Source: Monocercomonoides exilis PA203
Lineage: Eukaryota; Protista; Preaxostyla
DNA: 64,000 bases
Assembly (NCBI GenBank): GCA_001643675.2
Contig: LSRY02000008.1
Span: 558,001 to 622,000 of the forward strand
Direction: 5' to 3'
Below the pieces are notes generated by a model. That model searched no databases, was not told the origin of the DNA, and saw only the letters and a list, made by a program, of their open reading frames with translations. How positions within the stretch are numbered: the stretch's first letter is position 1; every line of letters begins with the position of its first letter. This document shows positions 38,540-49,100 of this stretch, in pieces. The position numbers and the translations under genes are program-made.

Positions 38540-40435
38540 TCATTCAATCATTTGGTTTATTCTATAAAAACAAATTGCACCATTCCATCCTTCATTTGCC
38601 ATTGCTTTCCAATATGCTTCATTGAAATGGGAATTCACCTGAGATATAACTCCATCATTGCACTCCAGTAGACTAAGCTCCCCAGTCGATTCATCTCTTC
38701 CATCAACAACAACTGCTATAAAATGACCAATAGGCATAGGTTTCATCGAATGAAGGACATATCCAATGAAATTGTAATCAATCCTCGGAAAGAAAGAAAA
38801 CTCATGTTTCAGTTGATTTGTTGCATGTGACGTCACCACCATCGATTTCGGAGTGGATCCACTTCCATGAAATGTGATAGTTTTGGGCGGTTGCATAACA
38901 GGGGAGTTTTCCTTTGAGCTATGATAAATTGCAAGGATTTTTGGGAACCTGTCAATTTGTGTCCAATACAAAAATGAAGTCTTGCACCCACAATAAGCAT
39001 CAATACACGGTTCCTCAGTTGATAACTGATCGGTTGCAGACAATGACAAATTCAACCCCTTCACAATCGATGGATGCATGATGGTGAAATAAAACGAAGG
39101 ATTTTGGTTATGAACACGAACATGAGAACACTTCGCACACAGTTTGAATGAAGATTGCTTCACTGTGAAGTCTTTCTTGATATTGCACCCCTCCAAAAAT
39201 GCATCGTTCAGAATTGCTTCATATGCTGTTGTGATCCCTAATGGATCAGATTTGCTCCCACCATGTTTTTGCACAAAATTCATAAATGCTGGAGTTCCCC
39301 ACACTTTGCTTGTCACAGTTCTCCCTCTGATTGCACTGAAAAGTCTTCGGAAAATATACACTCCTCCACGTCTTTTTTTGATATCACATTGCACTCCAAA
39401 CGATGCCAGACATTGACAAATAGAAGCTAAAGCACATGATGATCCAAAATTTATCAACTCCCTCCCACAATTCACCAACACCTGAACATATGAACGTGAT
39501 TCTTTTGGTAAAGGATGAGCTGGAAATAGAAACGAAGGAGGAAATTGAAAAAAGCTACTCATTTGTGGAACTGTTGAAAGAACAGAATAAGGATTTCCTA
39601 ATGCTTCCATTGAAGACTGTTGCTTCAAAGCAACAAACAAAAAAATAAACAAATAATTATTGATTTGCCTGTCAAATTGAATCAGGCAATTTTTGAAAAA
39701 ATAATAAAAAACCAAACCTCTATTTCCATTTTCATTCCTCCTCCTTTAATATCTGAACATTTTTTATCTTTGCTCATTTTTAAACATTCATCGCTCTCCG
39801 TTTCTTCATCGTCGCTTTCTTCTTCTTCAGACATTTGATCAACCGCTTCATCTTCGTCTGAAGATATTACACTGTAACTTGATGAAGAAGATTGCTTCCG
39901 AAAAATTGATTGAATTGAATTCTCTTTCTTTTTATCCTTCAAACATTCACCCAAACAGTTGATCTTGTAATTGAAATCTTGTATCAGTTCTTGCTGAGAA
40001 AACCACTCAGTCAGACACAGCAGCATTTTTTCTTGGATATACGGGTTCGATTCATTGAACGGGAGCTTCAATTTTTGGACAATCTTATGTAATGGTGCTT
40101 TTTTATAAACAAATAATAAAAAAATAAAAACATAATAAATATCAAAATAAAAAATCATTAATTACAAAAAACAAAGAAAATAAAGGAAAAACAAAAAGCA
40201 AACATCCATAATTTTTCATCAGATTATTCATTAGCGAGTTTCCGGGGATCGATTTGATAAAAAATTCGAAGAGGACTTTATTTGCATGATCAACTGACAT
40301 ATTTCTGAAAAAGTTCGACAGCATATCCACATCGTTCATTATGCTTTGCTTTCTCATGCTTGTGTGCGCACGGGAAAATCGAGAACCAGACAACCTCCCA
40401 CTTGACATTATGAATTTCCTTTTATTGGGTTTCAT
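38540..40435 (-). CDS. Accessory USP (C19)-family deubiquitinase without a transposase domain, about 564 aa. Predicted exons 40435-40204, 40097-39718, 39622-38540
   Basis: Cys box LINFGSSCALASICQCL, CAKC and CIDAYC, His box GHFIAVV..ECNDG. The N-terminal exons resemble those of the transposase genes and share a phase-1 first intron. Confidence 0.75.
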
Positions 40436-40674
40436 CAGATTTTCACTAAAAATTTCAATTTGAAATATTTAATTCACATTTATATTAAAAAAAAATTATA
40501 AACTCTCTGGCTTTGGAAAAAAATCCAAAATCCTTTCATTCATCGAGAAAAAAATAAATTAAATTTTTTCTGTTTGAAAATTAAAAACAATGACGATCAC
40601 AAAATGACAATATTATCACGTGTCTGATTTATGCCGGAAATGATAAATAACGACATATGTACTTTATTTATTGG

Positions 40675-40785
40675 AAAAAAACTGTTTTCGGCTCCTTGCA
40701 CTTTCCCCCCTTTAGCACTTTTTTTTTTGATCTTTTTGACTCCTTCGAATTTTGAATTATGGATCTGATTCTTTTTTCATTGAAG
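40675..40785 (+). repeat. Degenerate third copy of the inner part of the 450-bp IR
   Basis: aaaaaactgttttc..tgcactttcccccctttagcac..ttttgatctttttgac..ggatctgattcttttttcattgaa aligns with 38034-38145. Confidence 0.65.
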
Positions 40786-41090
40786 AACAATATTATATAT
40801 ATTTTTAAGAACTTTTTATATGAGAATGATATTTTTCATAAGATAAGAATATTTATGTGATGAATTTTTCAATAAACCTTCAATTTAAGAATTCTTTAAT
40901 TTTTCCAATTTTTTTCTGATAAGAAATATTTAAAATTTTTTTCTATAATTCAAATCACGTTAAAAAAATTTTTTAACAATTTTGGAAATAGTCAAATAAT
41001 GAAAAAATAACAATACATATTTTTTTAAATAAAAAAAAATTTTTTTAGAATAATTGTGATTTTCCATAAGAAAATATTTATTAGAGAAAA

Positions 41091-44000
41091 ATGTCGATTT
41101 CAAAACGCGAATCGACATTAAATTCTCGTTGCAATGTTCTATGGCAAGAAATAAAGAGAATCGGCGGAAATGACGTGGATTCGTTGCTTGCCTATTTGTT
41201 TTACACTTACAGGCAATCATCTTCAGTAATTGATGATTTACTGAAGTCTTTGAATGGTTTAGTTTTTTATTTTTTTGTATTGTGTTGAAAATATTATTTT
41301 CACTCTCTGTTATTTTTTTCTTTTTGATTTGTTAATTATTTATTTTTTTTTGAAACAGAATATCACATAAAGCTGCTGGAAGACCTGTCTGTGGTGTACA
41401 ACAACGCTCCGTTGCACACTCAGACAACAATGCTACAAGCACTGTCCCGCAACACATCATTATCCGATTTACAGGACTATGGATATGATGTCACAGAAGG
41501 AAAATTTATTTATGCGAAGCAAACGCTCAAAAAGAACCAAGGATTTATCATTCCTCCACAAATACCTCATCTTCCGTCTTGCAAAAGTGGTTTGTTTTTA
41601 TTTGAATTTTTTTTTGAATAATTTTCTCTGTTTATTTTAGGCTTAAATGAACAGGATTGGGAAAAGGGCAACAACTGGATGTTAGCCCATTCAACTGAAG
41701 CCTCCACTTCGCTTCAGTCAGCAAAGAAAAAGCAGCGAACTGAGCCAGATTACGCAAGATTTATTGATGAAGCAGCTTGGGAAGAAGAAATAATTACGGA
41801 AAATTCTTCTTCAAATAAAAAACAATCTTCTTCTTCTTCAACATCATCTCAACAAAATAAAAATTCAAAAACCATTTCAGAAAAAAATTCTCCTTCTTCA
41901 AATTCTTCTTCTTCTCAAGCTGTTGATGCTCCAATCAACACTCCAATAAGGAGAGAAAGGGGGTCAACAAAAAACCAAAATAAAAATTCATATCACAAGC
42001 GTCATTCTTCTCCATCTCCAATACCAATTCACAAAATATTCAAATCAAAAACTTCTTCTTCACAAATTTCAATTTCAAAAAAATTGAAAGAAAAAATAAA
42101 TTCTTCATCATTTCAAAATGATAATGTGTTTGTAAGTGAGCAATTAGTAGATTATGCCACTTCACCCACATTAATTCCACCTCAAGCATTTCAAAATCTC
42201 TTTTCTTCATTTTCAAAAGAGAATGACACTTCAATACTTCAACAACAAAGCATTCAATCTTCAAATAATGAAATATCTATTCAAAATAATTCTTCAAAAA
42301 ATATTTCAAAAAAGAATGCAAAAGAAAATTCAATAAAAAATTATTCTCATTCTCAATCTTTCTCAAATTCATTAAATTCATCAAATAAATCATCACAAAT
42401 AGCAAAAGGATTGCCTAACTTAGGCAACACATGCTATTTGGCTTCTCTTCTTCAATGTTTCTCTTCAATAACTATTCAAAAACCATCTTTATTCAAAAAA
42501 CAAACATCTTTGAAGAACACATCTTCGCGTGTTATAAGTGTTTGTCAACAACTGGCTAAAGATGGAACGGCAGTACGTTCATGGGTCCCATCTCTTATTG
42601 ACAAATGGGAAAATTTCTGCAACTATGGAAGCAGACAGCAGCAAAACGTGGCTGAGGCATTTGACAATCTTCACCAACTTCTTCAAAAAGATGAGTTGAT
42701 AAATAAGGACACCTTCAATCCTGTTTTAATCACTCATTTCAAATGCCAAAAATGCCAAAAAATTTCATCACGTTTCAACGAAGTTTGTAACAATGTTGTT
42801 ATTAATTCTTCCTCGACTCATAATGGATTATCTTCTCTCTTTGCAACTGAAGTTTTGGAAGGAAAGAATAGTGTCTATTGTGATGCATGCAAGGAAAAAT
42901 GCTGTGCTGCGAGATGGGAGGAAATGGCTGTATTTCCAGAGGTGCTAGCCCTCTGTCATGAATGTACTGATTCTGCTAGTTCAGCACCTTCGAGAACATT
43001 ACTAATGGAAACAGATAGAGTCAATCAACGCACGTTTTGCAAAGGGTTTTCTTCTAAAGATATTCAACATCTTCAAAAAGATAATCAAGAAACCATCATA
43101 TATCATTTTTCTGGACAAATACTATTCAAACGTCTGGATCAACAAAACGGACATTACATTGCAATTGTGAAAAGAAAAAGTGGAATCAATAGTTTTTGGA
43201 GTATTTGCAATGATGAAAGTGTTTCTGAATTCGATAGTGACAAATGGAGTTCTTCATGGAATAATCTTCACTCACAAGGTTTCACTCCTTCCCTTTCATT
43301 TTACACAAAAGAAAAAACAAAACCAACACTATCTACTATTCAATTTGGTGGTTCTTCTTCTTCTTCAGATACATCAAATTTAAACACTTTAAATAACATA
43401 TCATCATCATCATCATCATCATTCATCACTCCACTTCATCCAACAACTTCCATTCCACAACTATCATCATCAATCACATCTTCTTATGGATTAGAAGCTT
43501 TGAAAGAAAAAAGAACGAAAATGGGCATCTTTTCTCCCAATGAGAAAAGATTAATCTTCAAACCCAAGACAAAATTATGGAGTGAGTTCACAGAAGAAAC
43601 AAACATCAAAGTTTCTCTGTCACATTTCTACAAACTCACTACCAACTTTTCCAAAGCGAAAAGACGTACAGATCTTTGTGGAATGTGCGAGAAACTCAAC
43701 TATCTCGAAAACAAACTGAAGTCTTCACAAAATAAAAATGGACTTTCTTCTGCCGAATTTCATACACTCAAACTTCTTCGACAACACCGACTTGTTGCTG
43801 AAATGCAACGAAAACACTATCAATCAACTGTCGACAATCTGAAAGAGGGAGAAGCAGTCTTCGTCTTCGACTTTAAAGAAAAATGGAAACTCCCGATCAG
43901 AAAGAACCAACTTCAACAAGAATTCTTTAATTATCAACAAGTCTCTCAATTCACAATCATCTCTCTTCAAAAAATTAATAATCAACAAATAAAACGAACT

Positions 44001-44786
44001 TTCAACTTCTTCTCCGACTGCCTCTCAAATGATCACAGATTTGTTATTGAGTGTCTGGAATCTGTGATCAAAAGACATTTCTTCTCAGACACTCACACTT
44101 TTAAGTTCTTCTGCGATTCTGGTCCACACAACAGAAATCGCTTCCTTCTTCATTTCATCCTCTCAAAACAATCAAAACTTCTCAAAAAGAAAAATACTCA
44201 ACTCAACTTCTTCGCTGAGCATCATGGAAAAAATATCTGTGATAGTGAATTTGGTGCGTTAGTGAATGCAATCGACAACAATCTTTCGACTGAACACATC
44301 ACCACACTTCATGATTTGATCAACTTCTTCGAAAACAATATGAACACTTCGACATCAGCTTCTTCAACTTCACAATCAAACATTTTCTCAACATCATCAT
44401 CGAACTCTTCACCATCTTCAACATCTGTCAATAACTTTGAGCATGAGAGGTACTTTGAAGAATATGTACCATCTCAGCAAATTTCATGGCCATCTCTGTC
44501 AGTCCCTCACATGAAGGACTACTTGTATTTTGAGCGCAAAGGCTCATTTGTCTCTGCTTCAGCTGTTGGATATCTTCCTCAACGCTCTCTGGTTGCCCTC
44601 GAATCTTCAACAATGAAAGAAAAAGTTCAAAGATCAAGAAAGTCATTTCACTCTGATATCACATCATCTAACTCTTCTCTTCTTTCTCAATCTTCTCAAG
44701 ATCTTCTTTCAAGGAGATTTGAGCTTCTTCTTGACTCTTCTTCTTTTAATGAATCTCAAAATTGTTCTTTTGGTGTCCCCTATTAA
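41091..44786 (+). CDS. Sola-like DDD transposase with internal USP (peptidase C19) deubiquitinase domain, about 1180 aa. Predicted exons 41091-41256, 41359-41589, 41641-44786
   Basis: USP motifs GLPNLGNTCYLASLLQC, QQQNVAEAF, CQKC/CDAC, GHYIAIVK..CNDESV. Transposase motifs RRTDLCGMCE, FDFKEK, CDSGPHNRN, FFAEHHGKNICDS. Two GT-AG introns at the same positions as in the element-A gene; frame intact. Confidence 0.88.
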
Positions 44787-44790
44787 GAAA

Positions 44791-44928
44791 CTAGTTGTTG
44801 TGCATGCTTAGCTGGCACTCTATCGGAAGGGTGCTGGACGTGACTGTTCGTATTAGATATTGCAGCCTTCGGGCTGCAATATCCGGACCTGGATACGACG
44901 AACAGCCTCCCAGGTGCACAACAGTTAG
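44791..44928 (+). ncRNA. Putative structured RNA or 3' element immediately after the element-B transposase stop codon
   Basis: Closing stem ctagttgttgtgca / tgcacaacagttag; hairpin ggcactc / gggtgct; stem ctgttcgt / acgaacag; perfect 12-bp hairpin gatattgcagcc-TTCG-ggctgcaatatc (44856-44883). G-U pairs fall on the sense strand. Confidence 0.6.
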
Positions 44929-45657
44929 AATCCGATTGTTTTCTTTTGGTTATTGTCCCTGATATGTCCCTATTTATTTCTTGGTTATTGTCCCGCTTAT
45001 ACATGTATATATCGAGATTCATTAATATATAGAGTTGTGAAGGAATTCATTGATCTTTGAGTGAGGTTTTTGGAAGGGAGAGTTGTTGAGAGTGTGAAAT
45101 GTTGTTTTATCATTGTGTCTGTCTTTTTTCTTTGTTGGATTTGATCTTTTTGAGTCAAAGAGAGAGAAATATCAGAAAGGGGTGAGTGGATGGAAAACAG
45201 AGGGAAAATGGACAAGTTTGTTTTTGAACTTTTAATATTAGTATTCTTTTTTGTTTGGAATTGTCTTTGATACCACGAATTTGTTGTTATAGTACAGTTT
45301 TTTCTTATATCTTTTATTGTTCAAAATTGTTGACATTTTGTCGATATTTGGTGAATGTTTTATGATTATGTAATAAAACTTTGTTTAATTGAAAGTTGAT
45401 GAATTTGATTAGAAAATTTCTAACTGTTTTCAATTTTTTAAATGATTAATATCATGAAGTACTTTTTGTTTTTTTATGCCATTTTGATTGGTGGATGATT
45501 GTTATTTTTTAACGTATTTTTTTTCATTTCACTCATTTTTCTATGATTTTCAGTAAAACTCAATTACAAAAATGAAACACATTTTTGAAACGACCACTCA
45601 TCTAATCATTCAGTAATGCATGAAAAATGAAAAAATATGACTCATACACAACAACAT

Positions 45658-46107
45658 TTTTGAATGAAAAAAAGGATCCGACCCTATATTTTATTTTTTT
45701 CGAGGGCAAAAAGATCAAAAAATTACGCGCTAAAGGGCGAAAATTGCAGATTTCAAAAAGCAGTTTTTTAGTAATATATGAAGTTAAATCGATGAAATAA
45801 ACCATTTTGAACAAAAAAAAGTGGCATCGAGATTCTGATCCTTCTGTCATCTTCATTGTTTGAAGCGGAAAACAGAAGTTTTTTCCATGAATACAAGTTT
45901 TAAAAATTCAGAAAAAACATTTTTCTAACTCTTATCACATACATAACTATTAAACAAAAAATCAAAATTTTTCTGATATTTGTTTTTTTTTTAATAAATA
46001 ATTAAAAATTCAAAAAGATATGGTTCTGATTAAAGCTGGAGTTTTGTTTCTTTCATTTTTTTAAAACCACTAACTTTTCCAACTTTTTACCAGTTTGCTA
46101 ATACTTT
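45658..46107 (-). repeat. Right arm of the 450-bp inner inverted repeat
   Basis: Reverse complement of 37696-38145; gives the duplicated spurious ORF MKMTEGSESRCH... on both strands. Confidence 0.93.
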
Positions 46108-49100
46108 CTTTTTTTTAATGTTTGTAGTAATGCTATTATTTCTCAAATATATTTTTTATTTACCACTTTTTTTAAAAAATATGTCATAATATATTCAAAA
46201 TCTTTATATTTTATGTTTGTTTGTCAGTAATATCTGATTCTTAAACTGTTGGCCTGTATTTATCTTGCGTTGCGGCTTTTATGAGAAATGGTTTTTTATA
46301 AAAAAAATGGAGAATTTCATCAGATTCTGCTTTCAACCGAACATATTTTCTGGCGCTGATTGAGTTCACTCTGCTGCTCGTGCGCCAACAAGAAGAATGA
46401 AATATCATGCATTCATTCATCTTCTTGGCGAGTTGCAATAATTATTGAAGCAGTGGCATTTTTTTATTTATGAAATGCTTTTACAGCGCATTGTTGCTAA
46501 TTCAATGAGACGGGGAATTCAATTGTTTGTCGACTGGAGACAGCAGCGGAAGAGCAAGAAATGTAAAAGAATGCTCATGTTTTATGCAGGACAAGGGAGA
46601 TTTGTTTTGCAGAAACAGAACTGCAGAGAAAGGAAACGAACGAGAACAAAAGATGGAGGTAAGAAAAAGGAATGAGAAGCAAGAGAGGTAGAATGGAAAA
46701 TTAGAAAGGTTATTTTGTTCAATCTATTTAATTCAATCTTCTTTTTTTTTTTCAATTTTGAACTTAATAATTATAATTTCAAGATCCTTGCATGATTTTT
46801 TATTATTTTTTCTCTGATTCAGATACAGATAACATTCTCACATGGCTTTTTTTGACGAAGCAGACGCGTCTGTTGAATATGCTAGTCTCAGAATTGCGAG
46901 CAGAAAACAGATGGTGCGGCGTTGGTGTGCGTCCATTTGGTTGGTGATGGGCTGAAACATGGCGTGCCGAGAGTTGACAGTCGAAGAACAAAATGCAGGA
47001 GTTGATTTGGCCGTTTGAGTGGAAGATGCAGGAGCATCGGTAGAACCTGGCGCGAATGCGGGAGTTTGATAAGCCACGAAAGACATAGCGGACAGCTGGA
47101 GCAGAAGAAGTGGTGTCGCCGACGCTGCTGCTGTTGAAGCAGCGGGGGGAGTTCTATAAGGAATCGGAGCTTTCGTGCGTGACTGCGGTGCATAAGAAGA
47201 AAATTGTCTGGGAAGATAACAAAGTGTTAGTGAAGCTGCTTGAGTGCAAGAAGTGTGAGCCTTGTGAAGTTGTGTTAAAGATACGGGAGACATGACGGGA
47301 GCTGAACTGAAAGATGGGAGATAAGAATGTGAAGAGGATGGAGGTGGAGATGAGCAAGAAGATGCTTGCGAGTCAGCAGATGGAAGAGAGAAAGTGGAAG
47401 AGAGAGAAGAAAAAGAAGGAGATGAAGACAATGAGAACTGCAAAAAGATGGAGGATGAGAGAGAAGAACGAAATTTTGTTCAGCGGAGATAACATAGAAG
47501 GGAAATTGACGTCGCCAATTGAGAGAGAAAGAGAAAGAGGAAATAGAGTTGAGCACGAGGGTTCTTTATAGACAGAGAAAGATGGCATTTCCAAAAGCAA
47601 AGTCGATAGAATGATGCATTTGGAGTTATTTGATCAAGGCAGAACATCTCTTGTTATTCCTTCCTGCGAAGAATGACTGCTGTCAGGAAAATTAGTGGAA
47701 CACAAAGACTACTTGGGTTTTATTTCGCAATGAAGATAAGCAGAGGTGGGCAATACGAACTCAATGAGAAGGTGCTAAAGAGGAGATGGACTATTTTCTG
47801 TGGAGGACGAAGAGAACGAAGAGAGAAGGAAAAGCGAGCTGAGAGTGCTATATGGCAGCTCGTCAGAAGCATCGAAGTCTGCTTCGAAGAAAAGCAGACG
47901 TGCTTGTGATACGTCTTCAGTGATTTTATCATTATCATCATCTTCTTCTTCTTCTTCTTCTTCAAAGCCTCACTCACACTCTCATTCCTTAAATTCGTCC
48001 CATTCAAAATCCAGCTCGTCAACAACAACCTTATCTCCTTCCTCAACAGCTGTTCCAACTGCATCATTATCATCACCTTCTTCTTCAACTTCTTCTATTT
48101 CATCTTCTTCATCAGCCTCTCAAAATACATCTGTTATCAAACAATTTTGTCATCCTCTCCAGCCACTTGCACAGACACACAAGAAGCACAGCTATCGCAC
48201 ACTCAAACCGATCTCTATTGCGCATCCACGCTCAACACTCTCGCAAAATGCAGCTGAAATCAAAAGGCAGAAGAGGAAGCCAGCATCAAGTCAGAAGCGG
48301 AACTCGTCTCTATCACCTTTTTCTTTGATGTTATCTTCTTCCATTGCTACTTCCTCTTCCTCTGCATCTTCATTGATTTCTTCTCCATCTTCAAATCTGC
48401 TCTCTTATTCTATTTCTTCCAAAAAGAAAACTGAGAATGGAAATGAAAAAGAAAAGAAAAGAAAAGCGAAAATGATGCCAAAATTGCAACAACTCACAGC
48501 TCTCCTGAAACGACACATGAGGAAAACGAAGATGATGCAGAAAATCAGCCAAATGGTATTATCACTTCTCATCTAAATGCCTCTTCGAAACCAGATAGAA
48601 AAGTATTTCCATCTTCTTCAATATAAATTCGACTGACTATTTCGACGTCGTCTCCACATTCAGACTTAGTTATATATTCTTCTTCTTCTTCGTTTTCTTC
48701 ATCATCCTCTTCTTCTTCTGTTCTTCAAGAAATACAGTGCTCGCTCCATTTCACACTTCCTTCTCTTCTCCACCACTGGGTCTGCTGTGTTGAGACTTTC
48801 GTACGGAGAAGCACTATGGAAGACAGTGTGTTGCTGCTGCCTGTTGATGGATGGGACATAGAGAAGCTTGTGTGCGACGGAGAAGAGGGGATTTTGGCTC
48901 GCATACTGAAATATCCGCAGGAGCTGAGGTTTGCTGAGAAAGGAATGAAGGCACTGGAAGACAGAGAGGATGAGATCTGGGCAAGGAGGATGAGAGAAAA
49001 GGAGAAAAGGAAGAAGGAAAGAAAGAGAAAAGATGGAGAAGGAAAAGAGAGGAAGGATAGAGAAAGAAAAGAAGAAGAGGATGATAAATCCATAAATAAG

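Noticed and set aside
44791-44933. Structured element as an HDV-like or hammerhead ribozyme, SECIS, or tRNA/Pol III gene
   Set aside because: CAGCCTCC resembles HDV P3/L3, but the GG and P4-J4/2 after P1 are missing. There is no CUGANGA/GAAA core, no SECIS AUGA-GA quartet and no cloverleaf. The A-box-like (gcttagctgg) and B-box-like (gttagaatcc) words are not conserved in the element-A copy.
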